Of a stretch of DNA of 35,159 bases, positions 1 through 9,175 are shown piece by piece (positions within the stretch are counted from its first letter, which is position 1; the number at the start of each line of letters is the position of its first letter). The stretch is taken from NCBI GenBank assembly GCA_945893125.1, contig CAMDDY010000003.1, positions 1-35,159 on the forward strand, given 5' to 3'. The position numbers and the translations under genes were made by a program. The notes beneath the pieces are model-generated. The model was not told the DNA's origin and made no database searches. It saw only the letters and a list, made by a program, of their open reading frames with translations. This stretch comes from Bordetella parapertussis (GTDB lineage: Bacteria; Pseudomonadota; Gammaproteobacteria; Burkholderiales; SG8-41).

Positions 1-178
1 AGCGCAGCGTATTCCGGGATTATTGCCACTCTCAAAACGCTCGCCCTTGCAGGGAAACCACTCGCCCCCTGAAAGCATACAGAGTTTGATGTTTGGACGC
101 ACCTTCATAAACGGTGGTAAGTACACTTGTCACGTACGTTTGTTTTCCCGGAATGCGCTGCGCTCCTTCCGGGCTACG
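1..178. repeat. GTAG-type REP inverted doublet (REPIN-like); left copy truncated by window edge
   Basis: 146-178 reverse-complements to CGTAGCCCGGAAGGAGCGCAGCGCATTCCGGGA (GTAG tag plus CCCGGAA..TTCCGGG palindrome). 1-19 AGCGCAGCGTATTCCGGGA is the inverted partner. Lies just past the sua5 stop. Confidence 0.8.
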
Positions 179-181
179 CAC

Positions 182-1171
182 TCAGTCGGCTTCTTCTGCC
201 CCCGCGCCCGCCGCCGCGCGCCCCAACCGATCCCGCACCGCGACCCATTCGATAGCCAGCGGCGGCTCTTCCACCAGCATCACATCACAGCCGGCGGCGT
301 CGAGTTGGCGCAGGTTGGCGTATAGGTCATGCGCGTAGCGCGCCAACGCATCGGGCGCGGCGATCCACACGAGTTTGTCGATCAGCGGCTGGCGTGCGTT
401 GCGCGCGAGTACTGCCACGCGTTTGCCTTGCCGCACGAAGCTGCGCGCGAGTTCGTCTATGAGATCGGCTTCGACCAGCATCACCGGCGTGCGCGGCGCG
501 TAGTGTTTTTCGAGGGTGCCGGGGGCGCGTGGCGAGGTCACGCCTGGCGCTGCCAGCGGTGCGTTGAGCGCGGTTTCGATCTGTGCTGCGGTGATGATGC
601 CGGGCCGCAACAGCGCGGGTTTGTCACCCGACAGATCAACGATGGTGGATTCAATGCCCACGTCGCACGCGCCGCCGTCGAGTATGCAATCCAGCGTTTC
701 ACCAAACTCCTGCCGCACGTGTTCGGCGGTGGTGGCGGATACGTGGCCGAAGCGATTGGCGGAGGGGCCGACCACGCCGCCACCGAAGGTTTGCAGCAGC
801 GCTTGCGCCGCCGGGTGCGCGGGCACGCGCAGCGCCACGGTGTCTTGCCCGCCGGTGATGAGATCGCTCACGTGTGCTGCGCGCTTGAGGATCAGCGTCA
901 GCGGGCCAGGCCAGAATGTTTGGGCCAATGTGTGCGCGGCGGGCGGGATGTCACGCGCCCAGTCGTTGAGTTGCGCCGCGCCGGCGATGTGGACGATCAG
1001 TGGGTGGTCGTGCGGGCGGCCCTTGGCGGCGAAGACTTTTTTGATCGCTTCGGGGTTGGACGCGTCGGCGCCGAGACCGTAGACGGTTTCGGTGGGGAAG
1101 GCGACGAGGTTGCCCGCGCGCAGGGTGGCTGCGGCTTGGGTGATGTCGGTGGTGGTGACGTCATGCACCAT
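182..1171 (-). CDS. sua5: Threonylcarbamoyl-AMP synthase, Sua5/TsaC (YrdC plus SUA5 C-terminal domain)
   Basis: VAFPTETVYGLGADA, KGRP..PLIVH, FWPGPLT, PSANRFG, GIESTIVD, APG.L..HYAP motifs. Confidence 0.95.
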   Translation of the reverse strand: MVHDVTTTDITQAAATLRAGNLVAFPTETVYGLGADASNPEAIKKVFAAKGRPHDHPLIVHIAGAAQLNDWARDIPPAAHTLAQTFWPGPLTLILKRAAHVSDLITGGQDTVALRVPAHPAAQALLQTFGGGVVGPSANRFGHVSATTAEHVRQEFGETLDCILDGGACDVGIESTIVDLSGDKPALLRPGIITAAQIETALNAPLAAPGVTSPRAPGTLEKHYAPRTPVMLVEADLIDELARSFVRQGKRVAVLARNARQPLIDKLVWIAAPDALARYAHDLYANLRQLDAAGCDVMLVEEPPLAIEWVAVRDRLGRAAAGAGAEEAD

Positions 1172-1174
1172 AAC

Positions 1175-1287
1175 CCGTCATTCTGGCGAACGCCAGAATC
1201 CAGTGCGTACTTTTATGCGAAGCATCTTGAATATAGATCCTTCGGATCGGGCTACGATCTGGATACCGGCTTTCGCCGGTATGACGG
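1175..1287. repeat. CGTC-type REP inverted doublet
   Basis: CCGTCATTCTGGCGAACGCCAGAATCCAG (1175-1203) and CTGGATACCGGCTTTCGCCGGTATGACGG (1259-1287). Each arm is self-palindromic; same family as the elements at 9006 and 19782. Confidence 0.85.
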
Positions 1288-1308
1288 TGACTGGGGTGGG
1301 CAAGCTGT

Positions 1309-2454
1309 TCACACAGCCACCGGTGGCTTGAACTGCTTGGAGAGCTTTAACCCCTGCGCCTGATAATTCGAGCCGATGTTGACTCCGTACAGCCGCTGCG
1401 GTTTGTCGAGCAGGCGTTCGTAGATCAAGCGCCCGACGCCCTGCCCGTGTTCGATCAAAAACGGCACTTCGTGTGAACGCACTTCGAGCACCGCGCGGGC
1501 GCCGTTGACGTCGTTGTTGCCGTAGCCGAAACCGGGATCGAAAAACCCGGCGTAGTGGATACGAAACTCGCCCACCGACGGATCGTACGGCACCATCGAG
1601 GCGGCGAACTCTGGTGGGATGCGAATGCGCTCGCGCGACATCAGAATATAAAAATCGCCGGGGTTCAGCACCAGACTGCGATGCGCCTCGCTTTTCAACG
1701 GCTCCCAGAATTCCATCGGGTCGTAATAGTTGATGCGGGTCAGATCGATCAGCGGCGCATGTTGCTTGGCGCGATAGCCTACGATGCCGCCCCCGCCGTT
1801 GCCTGCATCCGCCTCCAGATCAACGCTGATCCACAGCCCATCGCTGATCATCGCGGCCATCGGCGCATCGTTGCCGGTGTAGACCATCGAGTCGGCGGAT
1901 GGCAGTTGATCGAGCTTTTGATTGGACGGCGGTGTGCCGCGCACGAAGCGCATTTGATTCAGCCGCGCGCCCTGTTGCGCCAGCACGCTGTAGGTGCGCG
2001 GCACGATTTCAATGTAGAGCTTGCCTTGATAGCCCTCGGGCACGCTTTCAAACTCGACGCCGCCGTCGGCGATGAGCCGTGTAAAAATATCCAGCCGTCC
2101 GGTGGAGCTTTTCGGATTGGACTTGCCGGAAATATCCGCCGGCAGCCGCAGCGTTTCCATCAGCTCGGCGATGTAGACGCAGCCTTTTTCAAACACCGTG
2201 GGCTGCGTGAGATCGATTTTGTGCATCATCATGCGCTCGATCTTGGCACTGACGGGGGTATCTTTCCCCGGCAAAAAACTCGCGCGCACGCGCCACGCGG
2301 TCGCGCCGAGACGCAGGTCCAGGCTCGCGGGCTGTATCTGCGCGTCGTCCACCTTGGCCGCGGCGCTGATCTGCCCGCTGCTCACCAGCCGCGCGATATC
2401 CTGATACGGCAGGATGCCGGCGGTGATGGGCGAGTTGCTGGTGTCGAGCTTCAT
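1309..2454 (-). CDS. dcd: dCTP deaminase, long (~380 aa) two-domain type
   Basis: QIQPASLDLRLG, NPKSSTGRLDIFTR, GEFRIHYAGFFDPGFG, AVLEVRSHEVPF, YQAQGLKLSK. Confidence 0.9.
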   Translation of the reverse strand: MKLDTSNSPITAGILPYQDIARLVSSGQISAAAKVDDAQIQPASLDLRLGATAWRVRASFLPGKDTPVSAKIERMMMHKIDLTQPTVFEKGCVYIAELMETLRLPADISGKSNPKSSTGRLDIFTRLIADGGVEFESVPEGYQGKLYIEIVPRTYSVLAQQGARLNQMRFVRGTPPSNQKLDQLPSADSMVYTGNDAPMAAMISDGLWISVDLEADAGNGGGGIVGYRAKQHAPLIDLTRINYYDPMEFWEPLKSEAHRSLVLNPGDFYILMSRERIRIPPEFAASMVPYDPSVGEFRIHYAGFFDPGFGYGNNDVNGARAVLEVRSHEVPFLIEHGQGVGRLIYERLLDKPQRLYGVNIGSNYQAQGLKLSKQFKPPVAV

Positions 2455-2484
2455 GATGGTTTTTTGTTTTCCGGTGGCCGTATT

Positions 2485-2784
2485 TTAAAACTTCTCGCCG
2501 CGCAGCACGTCCACGTCGGACATATACAGCACCAGCGCGTAATGTTCAAAATAGGTTTTGTGCAGATGTTCGGCGATGTTTTCCGCCACTGCGGCTTCGC
2601 AGATCACCTCCATGCGGATGTTGCCGGAGGGGCTCCACGCGGCATCGCGTTCGCCGCCGGCGCCGCGGCCGCGCGCCTCGGTGACGGTGTAGCCGTGCGC
2701 GCCGAAGGCCATCACCTCATCGCCGAGTTTTTTTTCGAGATCGCTCTCGCACACAATGGTCAGCAGTTTGCGCCGTGTGGTCAT
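2485..2784 (-). CDS. sbtB: PII-like regulator SbtB (99 aa)
   Basis: True start MTTRRKLLTIVCE at 2784 with GGAGG RBS. GAHGYTV.EARGRG, NIRMEVIC and C-terminal DVDVLRGEKF; directly after sbtA. Confidence 0.85.
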   Translation of the reverse strand: MTTRRKLLTIVCESDLEKKLGDEVMAFGAHGYTVTEARGRGAGGERDAAWSPSGNIRMEVICEAAVAENIAEHLHKTYFEHYALVLYMSDVDVLRGEKF

Positions 2785-2785
2785 A

Positions 2786-3712
2786 TCAGCCTCCGTTGAC
2801 CCAGATGGCCGCCCGATAATAAAGCGGTATTCCGACGATAAGGTTAAAGGGAAAGGTGATGCCCAGTGACGCGCCCAGCGACAGCGCCGGGTTGGCGTCC
2901 GGCACCGCAATGCGCATCGCGGCGGGCGCGGCAATATACGACGCGCTGGCCGCGAGTGTAGCCAGCAGGGTGAGGCCGCCGGTCGACAGCCCCAGCAGAT
3001 ATCCGGCGGCCAGCCCCAGCGCCGCCGACAGCAGCGGCATCACGATCGCAAACACCAGCAGAAAGGGGCCGAATCGCCGCAGCGCGGCGCTTTGCCGTGC
3101 CGCCACCAAACCCATTTCCAGCAGGAACAGCGCGAGCACGCCCTTGAAAAGATCAATAAACAAGGGGCCCAGCGGCGCAATGCCTTCCGGCCCGATGACC
3201 CAGCCAACCACCAGGCCGCCGAGCAGCAGAAACACGCTTTTGCCCAACACCACTTCGCGCACCAGGGGGCCAAACGATGTTCCGGTGCCGCGCGCCAGCA
3301 TCACGCCGATCAGTATGGCGGGCGCTTCCAGCAGCACCAGAAACACCGTGAGCAGTCCTTCGTGCGAGACGTTTTGCCGCACCAGAAACGCGCTCGCCAC
3401 CGCGAAGGTAACCACGCTCACCGAGCCGTAGTGCGCGGCGATGGATGCTGCATCCGCGCGCTTCAATCCGCCGACGTAACGCAGTATCGGATAAGCGGCG
3501 ACCGGGATCACCACGCCCAGCGCCAGCACCACCAGCGACGGCACAATCACGCTCGCCAGCGGATGACGCGCGAGCTCCACGCCGCCTTTCAAGCCGATGG
3601 CCAGCAGCAGGTAGATCGAAATCGCCTCGTAGAACGAGGGCGGGAATTTCAGATCGCTGCGCAGCAGGCCGCCGGCCACCCCCAGCAAAAAGAAAACGAC
3701 TACCGGCTCCAT
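2786..3712 (-). CDS. sbtA: Sodium-dependent bicarbonate transporter family permease (SbtA-like)
   Basis: ~10 hydrophobic segments; YLLLAIGLKGG, AAHYGSVSVVTF, LFLLEMG, ASASYIAAPAAMR, LGITFPFN motifs. Confidence 0.9.
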   Translation of the reverse strand: MEPVVVFFLLGVAGGLLRSDLKFPPSFYEAISIYLLLAIGLKGGVELARHPLASVIVPSLVVLALGVVIPVAAYPILRYVGGLKRADAASIAAHYGSVSVVTFAVASAFLVRQNVSHEGLLTVFLVLLEAPAILIGVMLARGTGTSFGPLVREVVLGKSVFLLLGGLVVGWVIGPEGIAPLGPLFIDLFKGVLALFLLEMGLVAARQSAALRRFGPFLLVFAIVMPLLSAALGLAAGYLLGLSTGGLTLLATLAASASYIAAPAAMRIAVPDANPALSLGASLGITFPFNLIVGIPLYYRAAIWVNGG

Positions 3713-3745
3713 GGCCGACTGGGCCGGTGCCCCGTGCTCACGGAA

Positions 3746-4642
3746 CTAACCATTGCCATTCACCAGCAACCGCATCACTTCATGATATTTGGCGGAAGTC
3801 TTGACGAGCACATCGGGCGGCGGCATGGGCGCGGGCGGTTTTTTGTTCCACGTCGTCGTTTCCAGCCAGTCGCGGATGATCTGTTTGTCGAAGCTCGACG
3901 GGCTGATGCCGGTGCGGTACTCGGCGGCGGGCCAGAAGCGCGACGAATCCGGCGTGAGGATTTCGTCGATCAGCACCAGGTTATTTTGCGCATCGACGCC
4001 GAACTCGAATTTGGTGTCGGCGATGATCACGCCGCACGTGGCGGCATAATCGGCGGCCTCGGAGTACAAGCGGATCGACACCTCGCGCACCCGTGCCGCG
4101 AGTGCCGCACCCACGATTTTTTCCACCTCGGCGTAGGTGATGTTTTCGTCGTGCTGCCCGGCGGGCGCCTTGGAGGCGGGCGTGAATATCACCTGCGGCA
4201 GTTTTTGCGCCTGCTGCAAACCGGCGGGCAACGCAATGCCGCATACGGCGCCGGTTTTTTGATAATCGCTCCAGCCCGATCCGATGAGATAGCCGCGCAC
4301 CACGGCCTCGACCATCAGCGGTTTTAATTTTTTGACCACCATCGAGCGCCCGGCTACCTGCGCGCGTTCGGCTTCCGACACCACCGATTCTGGCGCGATG
4401 CCGGTCAAATGATTCGGGATCACGTGACGCAGTTTATTAAACCAGAAATTCGACAGCTCGGTCAGCACGCCGCCCTTGCCGGGGATCGGGGTGGGAAGTA
4501 TCACGTCGAACGCCGACAGGCGATCCGTCTGCACCACCAGCAGTTTGTCGTCGCCCACGGCGTAAAGATCGCGCACCTTGCCGCGATGCAAAAACGGCAG
4601 GCTTTTGAGATCGCTCTGGAGCATGGGAATGGGTGTGGTCAT
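3746..4642 (-). CDS. purC: SAICAR synthetase
   Basis: [58 protein letters not shown]. Confidence 0.97.
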   Translation of the reverse strand: MTTPIPMLQSDLKSLPFLHRGKVRDLYAVGDDKLLVVQTDRLSAFDVILPTPIPGKGGVLTELSNFWFNKLRHVIPNHLTGIAPESVVSEAERAQVAGRSMVVKKLKPLMVEAVVRGYLIGSGWSDYQKTGAVCGIALPAGLQQAQKLPQVIFTPASKAPAGQHDENITYAEVEKIVGAALAARVREVSIRLYSEAADYAATCGVIIADTKFEFGVDAQNNLVLIDEILTPDSSRFWPAAEYRTGISPSSFDKQIIRDWLETTTWNKKPPAPMPPPDVLVKTSAKYHEVMRLLVNGNG

Positions 4643-4654
4643 GGTTTGCTGTGA

Positions 4655-5791
4655 TTAGTGTGAAAGGTGCGAGCAGAGCACGGCGCGCAGCGCCAGCGCC
4701 TCGCCGAGCGTGGCGTCAATGTTGTCGCCGCACACGGTGTAGTGGCCCATTTTTCGGCCGGGGCGCGCTTCGTGTTTGCCGTAGAGATGCAGCTTCGCGC
4801 GCGGATTGGCAAAGAGTTTATCCCACGCGGGCTCGCCATTGCGCCACGATTCGCCGAGCAGGTTCACCATCACCAGCGGGGTGAGCAACCGCGTGTCGCC
4901 GAGCGGCAGGCCGCACAGCGCGCGCACCTGTTGTTCGAACTGCGAGGTGGCGCAGGCATCGATGGTGTAGTGCCCGCTGTTGTGCGGGCGCGGCGCGATT
5001 TCGTTGACCAGCAGCCGGCCATCGGGCGTGACAAAAAACTCCACCGCCAGTACGCCGAGGTAATTCAGATGCCCGGCAATATCCGCAGCGGCGCGCTCGG
5101 CCTGCCGCGCCAGATCAGGCGCGACACGCGCCGGCACGATGCACACATCCAGTATCGAGTGCGTGTGCTGATTTTCCGCCACCGGAAAACATTGCGTTGC
5201 GCCACCCGCACCGCGCGCGACCACCACCGATACTTCACATGCCAGTGTGACCAACTCTTCCAGCACGCAGGATTCCGCGCCCATCGCCACGAACGCCGCG
5301 CGTGCTTGTGCCGCGTTGGCGACGCGCGCCTGCCCCTTGCCGTCGTAGCCGAAACGCGCGCGCTTCAGAATGCCGGGGTAAAGCGCCGCATCGCAGCGCG
5401 TGAGATCGGCTTCGGTTTCGATCAGTGCAAATGCGGCGGTGCCAAAGCCGTTATCGCGCAAAAACTTTTTTTCGCGGCTGCGATCCTGCGCGATCGCCAC
5501 GCTGTCACCCGCCGGGCGCACGGTGCAGTGCGCGGCCAGCCAGCGCAGGCTGTCGGCGGGCACGTTCTCGAATTCGGTGGTGACGGCGGCGCAGGTATCG
5601 GCGAGTTGTTGCAGGGCTTCTTTGTCCTGATACGCGGCTTTCAGATGCACGTCCGCCATCGCGCCGGCGGGGCTCAAGGGATCGGGGTCGAGCACGGTGA
5701 CGCGATACCCCATGCTGTGCGCGGCCAGCGTGAACATGCGTCCGAGCTGACCGCCGCCCAGCATGCCGAGCATGGCATCGGGAAATATCAT
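4655..5791 (-). CDS. purK: N5-carboxyaminoimidazole ribonucleotide synthase
   Basis: [48 protein letters not shown]; ATGA overlap with purE. Confidence 0.97.
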   Translation of the reverse strand: MIFPDAMLGMLGGGQLGRMFTLAAHSMGYRVTVLDPDPLSPAGAMADVHLKAAYQDKEALQQLADTCAAVTTEFENVPADSLRWLAAHCTVRPAGDSVAIAQDRSREKKFLRDNGFGTAAFALIETEADLTRCDAALYPGILKRARFGYDGKGQARVANAAQARAAFVAMGAESCVLEELVTLACEVSVVVARGAGGATQCFPVAENQHTHSILDVCIVPARVAPDLARQAERAAADIAGHLNYLGVLAVEFFVTPDGRLLVNEIAPRPHNSGHYTIDACATSQFEQQVRALCGLPLGDTRLLTPLVMVNLLGESWRNGEPAWDKLFANPRAKLHLYGKHEARPGRKMGHYTVCGDNIDATLGEALALRAVLCSHLSH

Positions 5792-6294
5792 TTTTTGATC
5801 GGTGGCAGTTTCATCGCGCGCACCGCGCGCACCTGCGCGCGGCGAAACGCGTCCAGCCGTTTAGCCAACGCGGGGGTCTCGCGCGCGAGCATCGCCGCCG
5901 CGAAGAGCCCCGCGTTAGCCGCGCCCGCTTCACCGACGGCAAAGGTGGCGACCGGCACGCCCTTGGGCATTTGCACGATGGAGAGCAGCGAATCCAGCCC
6001 GCGCAGTTGCCGCGTGGGCACCGGCACGCCCAGCACCGGCACGATAGTCTTGGCCGCCAGCATGCCCGGCAGATGCGCCGAACCGCCCGCGCCCGCGATG
6101 ATGCATTTCAACCCGCGCGCCGCCGCTGTTTCGGCGTATTGATACAGCAGATCGGGCGTGCGATGCGCCGACACCACGCGCGCCTCGTGCGCAATACCCA
6201 GCGCCTCGAGTTGCGCCACCGCGTGCTGCATCACGCCCCAATCGCTCTGGCTGCCCATGACCACGCCGACCAATGGTGCCCGTGCTTTGCGCAT
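5788..6294 (-). CDS. purE: N5-CAIR mutase
   Basis: [45 protein letters not shown]. Confidence 0.97.
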   Translation of the reverse strand: MRKARAPLVGVVMGSQSDWGVMQHAVAQLEALGIAHEARVVSAHRTPDLLYQYAETAAARGLKCIIAGAGGSAHLPGMLAAKTIVPVLGVPVPTRQLRGLDSLLSIVQMPKGVPVATFAVGEAGAANAGLFAAAMLARETPALAKRLDAFRRAQVRAVRAMKLPPIKK

Positions 6295-6399
6295 GCTTGC
6301 TGCTCCGTGTCTGACAAGGGCGATATTTTAGCTGATGCAGGTGGCGTGCCCGCTAATTTTTACGGAGAGCAAACCTACGCCGTGGTTAAGGGCCGCGCG

Positions 6400-6408
6400 T
6401 GCTAGAAT
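6400..6408 (+). promoter_or_regulatory. Putative extended -10 promoter (TGcTAGAAT) for the first Bug gene
   Basis: TGn plus TAGAAT ~60 nt upstream of ATG 6469. A divergent TAAAAT (6325-6330, minus strand) could serve purE. Confidence 0.4.
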
Positions 6409-6468
6409 TTTTTGCATTCGGGTTTTTCATCGCGTTTCCCCTTTGTTTTTCAATTCAAAGGCCCTTCC

Positions 6469-7482
6469 ATGAGCAGTGCATCAGAGACGTGGCGTCATGA
6501 GCTGACCGCGTTGCTCTTGGGCGGTTGTTGCATGGGCTGCGCGCCGTTCGCCGGCGCCCAGTCCACGCAAGCCACGCCGGGGGCAACCTACCCCGCCAAA
6601 GCGGTGCGCATTCTCGTGGGCTTTCCGCCGGGCGCGGGCTCCGACATTGTGACGCGTCTGATCACGCCCGAACTCACCAAGGTGTTCGGCCAACCGTTCG
6701 TGGTGGATAACCGTCCCGGCGCCGCGGGCAATATCGCGATGGAACTGGCCGCGCGCACCGTGCCCGATGGCTACACGCTGGTCAACGTGCCAGCGTCGAT
6801 CACCATCAGCCATAACCTGCAAAAAAAGCCGACGTTTGATTTGCTGAAGGATTTTGATGCGATCGCGCCGAAAGCCTCGGTGCCGTTTACGCTGGTGATT
6901 CATCCGTCGCTGCCGGTGAAGTCGGTGCAGGAGTTGATTGCCTTCACCAAGGCGCGACCGGGGCAATTGACGTACGCCTCCACCGGGACCGGCGGCTCGC
7001 CGCATCTCACCACGGAGCTCTTCAAGCTGCAGACCGGGCTGGATATTCTGCATGTGCCCTACAAAGGCACGCCGCAGGGCAACACGGATGTGATCGCGGG
7101 GCAGGTGACGATGATGTTTTCCAATATGCTGTCGGTGATCCCGCATGTGCAAAGCGGGCGGCTGCGCGCGCTCGCCATCACCAGTCTGAAGCGCAGCAGC
7201 GCGGCGCCCACGGTGCCGTCGATGGCCGAAGCGGGCATCGCGGGGTTCGAAGCGGGCACGTGGTATACGCTGGGTGCGCCTGCGGGCGTGCCGCGCGAGA
7301 TCATCAACCGGCTCAACACTGAATTTAATCGCATCGTGCAGCTGCCGGAGATACGCGCGAAACTGGCGGCACTGGGCGCGGAACCCATGAGCGGATCACC
7401 GGAACAGATCGCCGCGTTCCTGCGCAGCGAAATTGCCAAGTGGGCGCGTGTCATCAAGGCGTCGGGCACGCGAGCGGAGTAG
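6469..7482 (+). CDS. Bug/TctC tripartite tricarboxylate transporter substrate-binding protein
   Basis: YP.K.VRILVGFPPGAGSD, DNRPGAAG, YASTGTGG.PHL, HVPYKG, LRALAIT; signal-like N-terminus. Start uncertain. Confidence 0.9.
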   Translation: MSSASETWRHELTALLLGGCCMGCAPFAGAQSTQATPGATYPAKAVRILVGFPPGAGSDIVTRLITPELTKVFGQPFVVDNRPGAAGNIAMELAARTVPDGYTLVNVPASITISHNLQKKPTFDLLKDFDAIAPKASVPFTLVIHPSLPVKSVQELIAFTKARPGQLTYASTGTGGSPHLTTELFKLQTGLDILHVPYKGTPQGNTDVIAGQVTMMFSNMLSVIPHVQSGRLRALAITSLKRSSAAPTVPSMAEAGIAGFEAGTWYTLGAPAGVPREIINRLNTEFNRIVQLPEIRAKLAALGAEPMSGSPEQIAAFLRSEIAKWARVIKASGTRAE

Positions 7483-7525
7483 CATGGTAAGTATTTGTTT
7501 ATAAACTATTTTTTTGGAGCTCCTA

Positions 7526-8920
7526 ATGACTAAGAAATCCCCGCCCGATATCTCGCCCGTGATGAAAACGCTGGCAACCTACATTGCACAAGCGACAAAA
7601 AAACCGCTGCCGAAAAATGTCGTCGAGCGCACCAAGCATCACTTGCTCGACACCCTGGCGGCGATGGTGTCTGGCTCGCGTCTGCCGCCGGGGGTTGCTG
7701 CGATTTCGTATATCAAAACCTTGGGCGGCACGAAACAATCGGTGGTGATCGGTAGCCGGTTTGTCACCACCGCCGAACATGCGGCACTGGCCAACGGCAT
7801 GCTCGCGCACGCCGATGAAACCGACGATTCCCACGCGCCCTCGCTCACGCATCCCGGTTGCGGCGTGGTGCCCGCCGCACTCGCCATGGGCGAGCGCGAG
7901 CGCAGTAACGGCACGCAACTGCTGCGCGCGGTGGCACTGGGGTACGACGTCGGTTGCCGCTTGTCGCTGTCGCTGCATGCACACGATTTTCGCGAGGCGG
8001 GGCATTCCACGCACACCTTCGGCCCGATGTTCGGCGCGGCGGCGGCGGCGGGTTCACTCGCGAAATTGAATGTCGATCAATGCCGTTGGTTGTTGTCGTA
8101 CACCGTGCAGCAGGCGTCCGGCGTGTCGTGCTGGATGCGCGACGAGGAGCATATTGAAAAAGCCTTCGACTTCGGCGGCATGCCCGCGCGCAACGGCACG
8201 GCGGCGGCGGCGATGGTGTCACACGGCTTTACCGGCGTGGAAGACGCGCTCTCCGGCGAGCGCAATTTTTATCACGCCTACAACGAAGAGCGCCGCATCG
8301 GCAAACCGCCGATACCCGAACGCCTGATCGAAGAACTCGGAAGTCGTTACGAAGTGATGCGCACCAACATCAAGCGTTGGTCGGTGGGCTCGCCGATACA
8401 AGCGCCGCTCGACGGGCTGCTCGAATTGATTCGCGCGAACAACGTCACCGCCGATCAGGTGGAAAGCCTCACCGTGCGCGTTGCGCATCAGGGGGCGAAC
8501 ACCACCGACAACCGCCACATGCCCGACATCTGCATGCAGCACATGTGCGCGGTGATGTTGCTCGACGGCATCGTCACCTTTGAGTCGGCGCACGACGAAA
8601 AGCGCATGAAAAACCCGAAAGTGCTGGCGGTGCGCCGCAAAGTCACGCTGCTGGGCGACGACGAAATGGCCGCCGCCATGCCCTCGCGCCAATGCCGGTT
8701 GTCGCTAAAACTCAAGGATGGCCACGAACTCACTATCCACGTCACAGCCGTGCTCGGCACCGCGCAAAACCCGATGACGCGGGCACAGGTGGATGAGAAA
8801 TGTTTTCACCTGATGGCGCCGATCACCGGCAAAACACGCGCGCGCAAGCTGTGCGATGCGGTGTGGGGCATCGAGAAGATCAAGGACGTGCGGCAATTGC
8901 GGCCTTTGCTAGTGGCGTAA
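7526..8920 (+). CDS. MmgE/PrpD family dehydratase/isomerase
   Basis: AALANGMLAHADETDDSH..HPG, GMPARNG, GFTG. GGAG RBS before ATG 7526. Confidence 0.88.
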   Translation: MTKKSPPDISPVMKTLATYIAQATKKPLPKNVVERTKHHLLDTLAAMVSGSRLPPGVAAISYIKTLGGTKQSVVIGSRFVTTAEHAALANGMLAHADETDDSHAPSLTHPGCGVVPAALAMGERERSNGTQLLRAVALGYDVGCRLSLSLHAHDFREAGHSTHTFGPMFGAAAAAGSLAKLNVDQCRWLLSYTVQQASGVSCWMRDEEHIEKAFDFGGMPARNGTAAAAMVSHGFTGVEDALSGERNFYHAYNEERRIGKPPIPERLIEELGSRYEVMRTNIKRWSVGSPIQAPLDGLLELIRANNVTADQVESLTVRVAHQGANTTDNRHMPDICMQHMCAVMLLDGIVTFESAHDEKRMKNPKVLAVRRKVTLLGDDEMAAAMPSRQCRLSLKLKDGHELTIHVTAVLGTAQNPMTRAQVDEKCFHLMAPITGKTRARKLCDAVWGIEKIKDVRQLRPLLVA

Positions 8921-8935
8921 CAGTTCGCGGTTTTA

Positions 8936-8963
8936 GGGAGGGGAGGGCGTCTCCTCTTTCTTT
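8936..8963 (+). terminator. Possible hairpin/terminator after the MmgE/PrpD gene
   Basis: Purine run AGGGAGGGGA can pair (with G-U) to TCTCCTCTTT, followed by CTTT; weak. Confidence 0.3.
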
Positions 8964-9005
8964 GACGCAACCCTCTGTTCCTTCATAGAGCGCAAATTTC
9001 TCCCT

Positions 9006-9084
9006 GTCATTCCCGCGAAAGCGGGAATCCATACGTGGTCTCAAGTGGCACTGCGTTATGGATTCCCGCTTTCGCGGGAATGAC
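9006..9084. repeat. CGTC-type REP doublet with perfect 28-bp inverted arms
   Basis: GTCATTCCCGCGAAAGCGGGAATCCATA (9006-9033), 23-nt spacer, TATGGATTCCCGCTTTCGCGGGAATGAC (9057-9084). Confidence 0.92.
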
Positions 9085-9175
9085 GGGGGGTGGTTTTTAG
9101 TGGCCCCACGCCATCCTCGACCGCGCAAGGGATAACGCGTATAAGCTTTCCCTCTCGATCATTCAGGGGACGACC

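Noticed and set aside
2785-2934. 149-aa version of the PII-like ORF overlapping sbtA
   Set aside because: The RBS and family N-terminus indicate a start at 2784; the extension is out-of-frame sbtA sequence
6295-6468. Purine/ZTP riboswitch or PurR box upstream of purE
   Set aside because: No recognisable aptamer or PurR consensus; the putative -10 is only ~30 nt from the start
8880-9128. Small ORFs with SFPRKRES / PHPHPNLSPEGEG-like peptides (also 19814-19900 and 34742-35059)
   Set aside because: These are translations of REP palindromes, not genes
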